Positions 8,277 through 15,053 of a DNA stretch of 22,252 bases are shown piece by piece. Origin of the DNA: a virus (taxonomy: Duplodnaviria; Heunggongvirae; Uroviricota; Caudoviricetes); the IMG/VR virus record IMGVR_UViG_2693429719_000008, positions 1-22,252 of that record. The stretch is one strand, 5' to 3'. The position numbers were made by a program, and so were the translations under genes. The first letter of the stretch is position 1. Every line of letters starts with the position of its first letter. The notes under the pieces were generated by a model. That model had not been told where the DNA came from and did not search any database. It was given only the letters and a program-made list of their open reading frames with translations.

Positions 8277-8731
8277 TACGCCTCCTGCTTGTCGCGCAGC
8301 AGCTGGAACTCGCAGCTCTGCGGAATAGTCAGGTGGCAACCAATATTCATCGCCCAGGCTTCAACCTTACACAGGAAGACATACATCTCTCCGGTATCGA
8401 GATCGGAGGTATGACGTAATGACTGAATGGTGGTGATTTCACCGGTTACGACATCAACCAGGTCTTTGGTTTCAAAACCGAGATAAGTGTGTTTGAGAGC
8501 ATCTTTTACCCAAGCTGCAGTAGCGAACGATTTCCCCCTGCTTATGAGGTATTCACTGATTTCGCTGTACCACATGTGGCTAAGTGCATTCTGGGAAAGA
8601 CTGCGTCTCTCGCGCCACGGTTTAAGCACCATGCGAAAGCATTTTCCGTCCTCCAGATAAGGCTGGATCTGCTGACCGATAGCGGTGAAGTTACCGCGAT
8701 GTAATTTGATGCCGTCTTGTGGGAGGTTCAC
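8276..8731 (-). CDS. ybcN: YbcN-like protein (NinB position)
   Basis: 151 aa ...[61 protein letters not shown]..., recognised as DLP12 YbcN; GTG start. Confidence 0.75.
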   Translation of the reverse strand: MNLPQDGIKLHRGNFTAIGQQIQPYLEDGKCFRMVLKPWRERRSLSQNALSHMWYSEISEYLISRGKSFATAAWVKDALKHTYLGFETKDLVDVVTGEITTIQSLRHTSDLDTGEMYVFLCKVEAWAMNIGCHLTIPQSCEFQLLRDKQEA

Positions 8732-8764
8732 GCTTCACCTCCGCAGAGGTCAAACGTTGGATGC

Positions 8765-8890
8765 AAAAAATCGCAGGTGCATTTCTGCATCTGTGAAGGG
8801 AGAAGAGAGTTTGGATTGTGTGTGCGCATAAACGTCCCCGTTTAGCGCAGAAGTCACCGGAGTTGTTCAGGTTCCGGTGATACAATTATG
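8765..8890 (+). repeat. 126-bp direct repeat, copy A (partner at 10949..11074, about 92% identical)
   Basis: Hand alignment at offset 2184 gives 116/126 matches; contains a 10-bp-stem hairpin (8853-8881) and a second imperfect hairpin. Confidence 0.85.
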
Positions 8891-8941
8891 GCGAATTGAT
8901 GACGGAGAATCAATTTTGCGAAAATGACACGATTGATCTAC

Positions 8942-9574
8942 TCAGGCCTTGGAAAGCTTGAGCTTACCCTTTACGTGCAGAGTGTTAATTAACCAGAAGG
9001 CCCCGAGCAAACACATACAATGCGCGCTAGTGACTAACTTACAAATACGAATGCGATTTTCTTCAAGATCAGGAGGTAGCTCTTTCATCAACGCTATAGC
9101 GTAGATTCCATCCTTGAGAATTGGCTCAACAACTTGATGCACGTAGCCACCATGGTTAATCTCTTCTAACTTTATGTTTTTAATCGATTCTGCGAGTTTA
9201 TCAACCTCTTCATTTGTAATTACATATTCAATTTTATGAGCGTACTTGTTACGTATTGTGTTGAGCTCAGCCATAGCGTCTGCAAGCGAGACAGGAAGCC
9301 CTAACAGAACTGCGGCAGACAGCTTTGACGCAAAATACTTATAGCTTCTTATCGAATTGTATTTTTCAGAGCCATCAGGTCGTAAGTTTTCAATAACAAC
9401 CCGAAGAAAGTCCTCATGAATTAGCATCAATTTTAATAGCGCGGCAGACTCATCCTCATAGTTAGCTATCGAGGCCATTTTATTAAGATCTAGAAAATAG
9501 CCAAAGTCATGATCGATTTTCACGTAGTTACCCTCATCCGTTGTTGGACTTTGTTCAATTCGAGAGAATTTCAT
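8942..9574 (-). CDS. Hypothetical protein with a possible HEPN-type Rx4H motif; candidate effector of the nin cargo cassette
   Basis: 210 aa, AT-rich; contains NTIRNKYAHK (R-x4-H); predicted mostly helical; start ATG overlaps the stop of an upstream 58-aa ORF. Confidence 0.5.
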   Translation of the reverse strand: MKFSRIEQSPTTDEGNYVKIDHDFGYFLDLNKMASIANYEDESAALLKLMLIHEDFLRVVIENLRPDGSEKYNSIRSYKYFASKLSAAVLLGLPVSLADAMAELNTIRNKYAHKIEYVITNEEVDKLAESIKNIKLEEINHGGYVHQVVEPILKDGIYAIALMKELPPDLEENRIRICKLVTSAHCMCLLGAFWLINTLHVKGKLKLSKA

Positions 9575-9747
9575 TTATCTTCCTCCTGTTTCATATATCT
9601 AGGGTCAGATGCTTTAGGCTGGGTGATGCTATGCTCAATGGAGAAGCCGGACGCGCTCCATGTTGATTTGCCAGTTTGAGCTATCGTGACAACACATTCA
9701 TTATTGTCGATGTTAACTTCGCGCAGCACTGGTAACTGTGAATTCAT
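9571..9747 (-). CDS. Small protein (58 aa) translationally coupled to the downstream 210-aa gene
   Basis: Hand-translated MNSQLPVLREVNIDNNECVVTIAQTGKSTWSASGFSIEHSITQPKASDPRYMKQEEDK; GGAG RBS 8 nt upstream; stop TGA overlaps the next ATG. Below the ORF-track size cutoff. Confidence 0.4.
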   Translation of the reverse strand: MNSQLPVLREVNIDNNECVVTIAQTGKSTWSASGFSIEHSITQPKASDPRYMKQEEDK

Positions 9748-9817
9748 TTTCTAACTCCTGTTTAATGTTGACACCGCATTTATGCTGTCACGACACAATT
9801 ACTTTCTATCCTGCTGT

Positions 9818-9838
9818 GATGCTGCTGACAGCGGCATC
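9818..9838. promoter_or_regulatory. Imperfect 21-bp palindrome (GATGCTGCTGACAGCGGCATC) upstream of the small-ORF/210-aa operon; candidate operator
   Basis: 18/21 positions are self-complementary; located in the 160-bp gap between the Bro-N gene and the small ORF. Confidence 0.35.
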
Positions 9839-9909
9839 CAATACCTTACCTTCTCAGCATTCTGCAAAATCGATGACGAGTCATGACCGGTTCGCGTAGC
9901 TCAGTGAAA

Positions 9910-10521
9910 TTACTGCAACCTTTCCTGACGGAAATATGGTAACACTCGACTCCACTTATCATCCTGCCAAGGCTGGAATTTTACATGTGCCGTTTCTCTG
10001 GCGAGGATTGCTCGCGCTCTGTTGAGTATCTGGGGATATTCTTGCTCGATAGAAGTAAAGCGACCGGCTTCGCGGTGCTCCGCGACCTGAAGAAGTGGAG
10101 TAACGTTCTGGCAGGCAGTTAACATCACATCACTTGCTCGCCATAACCAAGCAAGTGTGCAAAGTTCGTTATCAGTGAATTGTTTTGTGATTGGGGATTG
10201 TTGAATTTCTCGATCGAGAAGATCCAGCACCCAGCGGCGGAATTCTTTGGCCACAGGAGTACGAGCAAACATGGCGATCAGATGGGCGCCTCGCAGGGAG
10301 AAAATGCGTATTGTTTTCTGGTAGTTCCCTGAGACACTCAAATTGAGGGTCTCAGTCATATCTGCCCTAAATTCATCGGAATTTCGATCGTAGATCTGAG
10401 TAACGGCATCAGATTTTTTATATCCGAGAGCTTGAGCAATCTCAACGGCAGTAAGCCAGATATTGTTGTTGTGGTTAATAGGATGGAATTTTGTTTGATG
10501 AAAGACTAGTTGTGTGCTCAT
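9910..10521 (-). CDS. Bro-N / antirepressor-like protein
   Basis: 203 aa; the N-terminal region (...NIWLTAVEIAQALGYKKSDAVTQIY...IFSLRGAHLIAMFARTPVAKEFRRWVLDLLD) resembles Bro-N/AntA-type phage regulatory domains. Confidence 0.55.
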   Translation of the reverse strand: MSTQLVFHQTKFHPINHNNNIWLTAVEIAQALGYKKSDAVTQIYDRNSDEFRADMTETLNLSVSGNYQKTIRIFSLRGAHLIAMFARTPVAKEFRRWVLDLLDREIQQSPITKQFTDNELCTLAWLWRASDVMLTACQNVTPLLQVAEHREAGRFTSIEQEYPQILNRARAILARETAHVKFQPWQDDKWSRVLPYFRQERLQ

Positions 10522-10676
10522 GGTGATTACCTATAAATCAAGTTAACCACCACCGCTGACGCCAATCAGTTTGGTGGTGAGACATGTAGGGTTGGCGTAA
10601 CCGGGGTAATCAACCGGCCCGACCGAAGTCGGCCCTACACGCCCCACCATAATTCAGATGTGCGTATGCTTACGAC

Positions 10677-10701
10677 AATAAAAAACACGCTCGCGGCGTG
10701 T
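10677..10701 (-). terminator. Rho-independent terminator for minus-strand (lambda-rightward) transcription
   Basis: Minus-strand ACACGC-CGCGA-GCGTGT hairpin followed by TTTTTATT. Confidence 0.6.
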
Positions 10702-10791
10702 AGTAGTCGCGATTACCTTATCCGGGACGCCAATCCCGTGTGCCGATTTTGCGGCAACGCGTAAGAATATATCCCCAGATAAATCATATCG

Positions 10792-10881
10792 TCAACCCCA
10801 GTAAATGGACACCATGATGATCACAGCCATAGCTGCTACAACTGTTGCAACTACTTTATGCCAAGACATCACGATTTCCAT
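10792..10881 (-). CDS. Small hydrophobic peptide (29 aa), possible membrane toxin-like ORF
   Basis: Hand-translated MEIVMSWHKVVATVVAAMAVIIMVSIYWG; AAGG RBS-like sequence upstream. Below the ORF-track size cutoff. Confidence 0.3.
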   Translation of the reverse strand: MEIVMSWHKVVATVVAAMAVIIMVSIYWG

Positions 10882-10948
10882 ATCGCCTTTAGCCGCCAGA
10901 CGAACAGAGATTCCCAGCTTTATACTGCCGAGGCCAAACACCGAATAT

Positions 10949-11074
10949 AAAAAACCGCAGGTGCATTTCTACATCTGTGAAGGGAGAAGATAATTTGGAT
11001 TGTATGTGCGCATAAACGTCCCCGTTTAGCGCAGAAGTCATCGGAGTTGTTCAGGCTCCGATGACATGATTATG
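10949..11074 (+). repeat. 126-bp direct repeat, copy B (partner at 8765..8890)
   Basis: See copy A; the hairpin in copy B (11037-11065) is a perfect 10-bp stem. Confidence 0.85.
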
Positions 11075-11101
11075 AAAGGTTGATTCTAAAAAAATCAAAA
11101 A

Positions 11102-11359
11102 TTAATTTTTAGTTGTGTCTTCTTGAAAAGAAGTTCTCACTCTTAAAATATGATATCCAATAGAATTGATATCGCTTTTAGCTCTTACGTCATTGATACC
11201 TATCATCCCAGGTTCTAACAACTCACTTTTTTTGATAATTGAAAATTTCGAGAAGTCAGGATCACTCACCCCGAGGGCATTTCCTGTAACCACTGTATTC
11301 GCTGGGACAACAAGATACTTAGAATTACAAATATCACTTTTATAAATATCTACATACAT
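11102..11359 (-). CDS. Hypothetical protein in an AT-rich moron immediately downstream of P
   Basis: 85-aa ORF in a strongly AT-rich block (about 11075-11615) with a long AT-rich upstream region; no family recognised. Confidence 0.4.
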   Translation of the reverse strand: MYVDIYKSDICNSKYLVVPANTVVTGNALGVSDPDFSKFSIIKKSELLEPGMIGINDVRAKSDINSIGYHILRVRTSFQEDTTKN

Positions 11360-11615
11360 TATAGTTTTCCTTTTTACAACTTAGACATTTCAAATCATAG
11401 AAATTAACATGTTACATCTTCGCATTATGTTTTGTCATCTATGAATATTGAGAATCACTTGCATGTTGCAATGTCTTCGACTGCTCACAGCGTAAGTATC
11501 CCTGCAAAATCATATCTTCAAGCTCAGTTCTATTAAAAAAATAACTTAATTATTTCTGCGTCGATTGATATTTCCTTCTAGCCCAATTTTGCACACAAAA
11601 ACCAGTATTGCTCAC

Positions 11616-12317
11616 TCATGCTCTGTCTCCTTTCAGCCCAAACTTAGCTTTGATTTCTGCGATCTTCGCCAGAGCCTGTGCACGATTTAGAGGTCTACCG
11701 CCCATGACAGGAAGTTGTTTTACTGGTTCAGGTATAGCCTCACCACGGTTAATTCGTGCGGTCATACAGGACAGTTCATCGGCAGCCTTGCGCCGTAATT
11801 CCGCGTCAGTCAACGCATTGGCCCGCATGTTCTGATACAGGTTGGTAACCAGCCAGTAGTGCGCGTTTGATTTCCACGGATAAGACTCTGCATCCGGATA
11901 CAGCCCGCGCTTCCGGCAATACTCGTAAACCATATCAACCAGCTCGCTGGCGTTTGGCAGCCCGGCGGTAACGGATGCTTCTTCCCGGCACCAGGCGACA
12001 AACTGCCCGGGTGATGGCAGGAATGGTCGATTCTGCCGACGGGCTACGCGCATTCCAGCGTTAACCTGTTCCATTGTGGTGATCCCGTTTTCCCGGAAAG
12101 CCAGCACCCACTGGCGGCGGATTTCGTTCAGTTCATTCTGGTCACGGTTAGCCAGGCTCGCCGGGAAAGTTGCCAGTAACTGGCTGAACACACCGTTGAT
12201 GATCTGCGCTACCTGCTGTACCTGAGGCTTTTCGTCGTACTGTTCCGGCATGTTGTTGGCGATCCGACGCATCTGCTCACGGTCAAAGTTAACCATCTGT
12301 GCGGCGATGTTTTTCAT
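11616..12317 (-). CDS. P: Replication protein P (DnaB helicase loader)
   Basis: 233 aa MKNIAAQMVNFDREQMRRIANNMPEQYDEKPQVQQVAQIINGVFSQLLATFPASLANRDQNE... is near-identical to lambda P as I recall it. Confidence 0.95.
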   Translation of the reverse strand: MKNIAAQMVNFDREQMRRIANNMPEQYDEKPQVQQVAQIINGVFSQLLATFPASLANRDQNELNEIRRQWVLAFRENGITTMEQVNAGMRVARRQNRPFLPSPGQFVAWCREEASVTAGLPNASELVDMVYEYCRKRGLYPDAESYPWKSNAHYWLVTNLYQNMRANALTDAELRRKAADELSCMTARINRGEAIPEPVKQLPVMGGRPLNRAQALAKIAEIKAKFGLKGDRA

Positions 12318-13333
12318 AGATCCACCCCGTAAATCCAGTCAGTGTTTGTCAGGTCGAGTTTTGGTTTGCCGACTGTCACGCCAGCCTGTTGCTTGTTCCG
12401 GTTGATTTCGAGCTGGGTCCACTTGTCGCGGAGTTTGGCCGGACTCAGCACGTTACCGGACCAGAAGTTGTCCTGGCAGGCCCAGCGGAACAGTACACAC
12501 ATGTCGCGGTGGTTACGTCCATCACGTTCACGCATCAGACGGATATCGTTAGCCCACCCTGCAAAATTCGGTTTTCTGGCTGATGGCGCGATGGTCTTCA
12601 CCATGTCAAACATCCACTCTGCGGCGGTCAGGTCTTCTGCTGTCCCCCACTTGCTGCCGCTCTGAATCGCAGCATCCGCTTTCACCACAGGAAGGTCGTT
12701 TTCTGGCAGGTCAGAGGATTCGCCAGAATTCTCGGACGAATAAGGTTTTATATTGTCTTTTGTTAGTTTGTCTTTTGTGTTTACCTGATTCGGGTAAGTG
12801 CCTTTACCTGATTTGGGTAAACTTTTCTTACCTGATTCAGGTAAATTTACCTCTTTCAGGTAAACTTTATTTTTCTTACCTGATTCGGGTAATTTTGACC
12901 ATTCACTGACCACATTATTAATGCCGATATTCCGCCCGCTCTGAATAAAAATCCCACGCTTTACCAGAACACTTTTTGCAGCAGAACACTTGTGCGGCAA
13001 TATCCCGGTCAACTCGGAAAGTTGCTCGTTGCTCACCCAATCCAGTTTTTTATTAAAGCCATATGTTTTGCGCATGACAGCCAGGAAGACCAGAAGCTGG
13101 TGCTGTGTTAATCCGGCCAGCATTACAGCTTCCAGCAACTCATTTGCAATGCGCGTATAACCATCATCGAGATCTGCCACGCGCGGCTCCTTTTGTGCCG
13201 CATCCGGCACTGGAAAATTGAATATCTCAGCAGTGTTTGCCATAATTCCTCCCGCAATGAGTGTGTTACGATTTGCATCTGAAAGTCGGTTCTGTTCCCG
13301 CAGACCGACTTTCGCCATTTTTGAACCTGTCAT
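12314..13333 (-). CDS. O: Replication initiator O, hybrid: non-lambda N-terminal iteron-binding domain with lambda-like C-terminal P-interacting domain (alternative start at 13243)
   Basis: N-terminal region has the VADLDDGY motif but otherwise differs from lambda O; the C-terminal ~100 aa (AAEWMFDMVKTIAPSARKPNFAGWANDIRLMRERDGRNHRDMCVLFRWACQD...) matches lambda O; iterons are embedded in the gene. Confidence 0.85.
   Translation of the reverse strand: MTGSKMAKVGLREQNRLSDANRNTLIAGGIMANTAEIFNFPVPDAAQKEPRVADLDDGYTRIANELLEAVMLAGLTQHQLLVFLAVMRKTYGFNKKLDWVSNEQLSELTGILPHKCSAAKSVLVKRGIFIQSGRNIGINNVVSEWSKLPESGKKNKVYLKEVNLPESGKKSLPKSGKGTYPNQVNTKDKLTKDNIKPYSSENSGESSDLPENDLPVVKADAAIQSGSKWGTAEDLTAAEWMFDMVKTIAPSARKPNFAGWANDIRLMRERDGRNHRDMCVLFRWACQDNFWSGNVLSPAKLRDKWTQLEINRNKQQAGVTVGKPKLDLTNTDWIYGVDL
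12781..12892. repeat. Replication origin iterons inside O: five copies of TTACCTGATTCGGGTAA (one degenerate), with an adjacent AT-rich tract at about 12740-12780
   Basis: Palindromic 17-mers at 12781, 12804, 12828, 12847 (degenerate) and 12876; the AT-rich block lies on the downstream side in the O direction, as in lambda ori. Confidence 0.8.
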
Positions 13334-13875
13334 ATTGCCCCCAGCATGGTGGTGACCATCGCCATCAATGGACCAGCCAGATCTGGGTCCACTCGAAACA
13401 TCGACACAATGCCTTCACTCATCTCCTTCAGTTTCTGGTGGCGTGGTGCGTTGAGAATGACCGCCTGCTTTGCCTCACTGAGTTCCTTTTCCATTTCAGC
13501 CAGCCGAGCCATGAAGCTATCCTGCTCAACCAGGTGGCCGCGATATTCCAGCGGTAGTACCGCCAGAATTGCCGGGGTCAGTTCACGCACGTTATTTCGG
13601 TATTTTTCAGAATCGAATTTGTTATCGAGGAAGCGGAACAGCTTCTGGCGTGCACGACTGACATCATCAGGAAAATCGATGGTGCCGCCGCCCTGTGCTC
13701 GATACTCATTCACAATGAGTGCGGCAACTACATCCTGATTATCTTCAGCAGACCAGGCGCGGACGGCATCACGAATTTTTTCGTGGCCTGGCACCTGTTT
13801 TATTTGAGAACGATTTATCACCGCAGTCGGGCTAAATCCGCTAGTCTGTTGGTATGTAAGTGGTTGCATAATCAT
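13330..13875 (-). CDS. YdaT-like protein in the cII position
   Basis: 181 aa; motifs NEYRAQGGG and TPAILAVLPLEYRGHL resemble Rac YdaT as I recall it; placed between cro and O. Confidence 0.5.
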   Translation of the reverse strand: MIMQPLTYQQTSGFSPTAVINRSQIKQVPGHEKIRDAVRAWSAEDNQDVVAALIVNEYRAQGGGTIDFPDDVSRARQKLFRFLDNKFDSEKYRNNVRELTPAILAVLPLEYRGHLVEQDSFMARLAEMEKELSEAKQAVILNAPRHQKLKEMSEGIVSMFRVDPDLAGPLMAMVTTMLGAI

Positions 13876-13899
13876 CGCCTTATCAGTTAACGCCGCAGA

Positions 13900-14127
13900 T
13901 TAGGCGGCAGAATTACTCGCGTTAAACAATGGTGCGAGGTCGGGACGAATATCTGCTGGCTTAATCTTTCCACCAGTGGCTGAGACAATTTTCATTACAT
14001 AGCGGGCATCAATTCCGCCACCGTGTAGCCAACGCCAAACAGTGGGCTGGGCTACACCGCATAGATCTGCCAGTCGTTTTTGACTACCTGTAATACTGAT
14101 TGCGAGTTGAATGGTTTGATTTGTCAT
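13900..14127 (-). CDS. cro: Cro-like repressor (helix-turn-helix)
   Basis: 75 aa from the ATG at 14127 (the track ORF begins 2 codons upstream at TTG): MTNQTIQLAISITGSQKRLADLCGVAQPTVWRWLHGG...; divergent from cI across the operator region; AGGA RBS. Confidence 0.65.
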   Translation of the reverse strand: MTNQTIQLAISITGSQKRLADLCGVAQPTVWRWLHGGGIDARYVMKIVSATGGKIKPADIRPDLAPLFNASNSAA

Positions 14128-14237
14128 TATCAATTCCTATTGGTATTACAATGAATGGATAATAGCAATGCGTATTAACCATGGCAATAGCAAAACGTGT
14201 TTTGACCATCAATACGCAAGCGTATAAATTAAAACTT
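14128..14237. promoter_or_regulatory. OR region: three 16-bp operator sites at 25-bp spacing with divergent pR and pRM
   Basis: Sites AATAGCAATGCGTATT (14161-14176), AATAGCAAAACGTGTT (14186-14201), AATACGCAAGCGTATA (14211-14226). pR on the minus strand: -35 TTGCCA (14182-14187), 17-nt spacer, -10 TATTAT (14159-14164). pRM -10 TATAAA at 14223-14228 places the start close to the cI ATG. Confidence 0.6.
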
Positions 14238-14930
14238 ATGAAAAAAGAAACTCTTGCTGATCGCTTAAACCTAGCGATGGAACAATCTGGGATGTCTCAA
14301 GGCGCTCTTGCAAAGGCGTCTGGCGTAGCTCAACCCACAATCTGGAGACTGACAAGCGGCAACGCGCGCGGCTCAACAAAAATTGTTGAAATAGCTAATG
14401 CATTGGGTGTTCGAACAGAGTGGCTCTCATCAGGCATAGGCCCGATGAGAAATGACGGTCAACAATCAGGGAAGCCTACTGTCAACCATTCCAAATACTT
14501 CAAGATTGACGTTCTTGATATAGAAGTGAGTGCCGGGCCGGGAGTCATCAACCGTGAGTTTGTAGAAGTCCTACGCTCGGTTGAGTACTCGTTTGACGAT
14601 GCTCGTCACATGTTCGATGGCAGGAAGGCGGAAAATATCCGCATCATTAACGTACGTGGTGACAGCATGTCAGGAACAATCGAACCAGGTGATCTGCTGT
14701 TCGTTGATATCACGGTTAAATCTTTCGACGGTGATGGCATCTATGCGTTTCTGTACGACGACACAGCCCATGTAAAGCGCCTGCAAATGATGAAGGATAA
14801 GCTGTTGGTTATCTCTGATAACAAGAGCTACTCACCGTGGGACCCGATCGAGAAAGACGAGATGAACCGGGTGTTCATTTTTGGGAAAGTCATCGGGAGC
14901 ATGCCGCAGACCTACAGGAAGCATGGGTAG
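14238..14930 (+). CDS. cI: CI-type prophage repressor (N-terminal HTH, C-terminal S24 LexA-like autopeptidase)
   Basis: MKKETLADRLNLAMEQSGMSQGALAKASGVAQPTIWRL... HTH, then VRGDSMSGTIEPGDLLFVD and AHVKRL (Ser/Lys dyad context). The track ORF starts at 14181, but that would place operators inside the coding sequence. Confidence 0.85.
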   Translation: MKKETLADRLNLAMEQSGMSQGALAKASGVAQPTIWRLTSGNARGSTKIVEIANALGVRTEWLSSGIGPMRNDGQQSGKPTVNHSKYFKIDVLDIEVSAGPGVINREFVEVLRSVEYSFDDARHMFDGRKAENIRIINVRGDSMSGTIEPGDLLFVDITVKSFDGDGIYAFLYDDTAHVKRLQMMKDKLLVISDNKSYSPWDPIEKDEMNRVFIFGKVIGSMPQTYRKHG

Positions 14931-14965
14931 GTAGTATGTAAAGAATTACCTTTGGTTGATTTGTA

Positions 14966-14995
14966 ATAGCTACCGATTACGTTATCGGTAGCTAT
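14966..14995 (+). terminator. Perfect 12-bp inverted repeat hairpin (ATAGCTACCGAT / ATCGGTAGCTAT, 6-nt loop) between cI and the downstream gene; partial terminator or protein-binding site
   Basis: Read directly; followed by AAGAAATTTTTAT, so the T-run is offset 7 nt from the stem. Confidence 0.4.
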
Positions 14996-15053
14996 AAGAA
15001 ATTTTTATGTCTTTAACTGTGTTTATTTATTCAATACTAGTTGGACTATAGCA

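Noticed and set aside
7101-8414. Plus-strand ORFs 7101..7694, 7579..7776, 7916..8254, 7959..8414 and minus ORF 7846..8049 in the nin region
   Set aside because: Antisense or alternate frame to recognisable rusA, ybcO, ninE and ybcN genes, which tile this interval on the minus strand with overlapping stop/start codons.
10586-10639. GC-rich imperfect palindrome (GTAGGG...GGCCCGACCGAAGTCGGCCCTAC) considered as a tRNA or REP-like element
   Set aside because: No tRNA hallmarks (no GTTCGAATCC-type T-arm, no 7-bp acceptor stem with CCA context) and only loose similarity to E. coli REP consensus; left as an unexplained structured region.
10805-10993. Plus-strand 62-aa ORF MDTMMITAIAATTVATTL...
   Set aside because: Its 3' half runs into the conserved 126-bp repeat, and the opposite strand carries a better-supported small hydrophobic ORF with an RBS; judged probably noncoding.
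12342-12909. Plus-strand ORFs antisense to O (12342..12665, 12389..12583, 12583..12909), including repetitive peptide from the iterons
   Set aside because: They are produced by the iteron repeats and GC-rich antisense of the O gene; O is strongly supported on the minus strand.
13892-13908. Short hairpin GCCGC-N7-GCGGC straddling the cro stop, considered as a nutR boxB
   Set aside because: Position is right for nutR but no convincing boxA and no matching hairpin downstream of pL; too weak to call.
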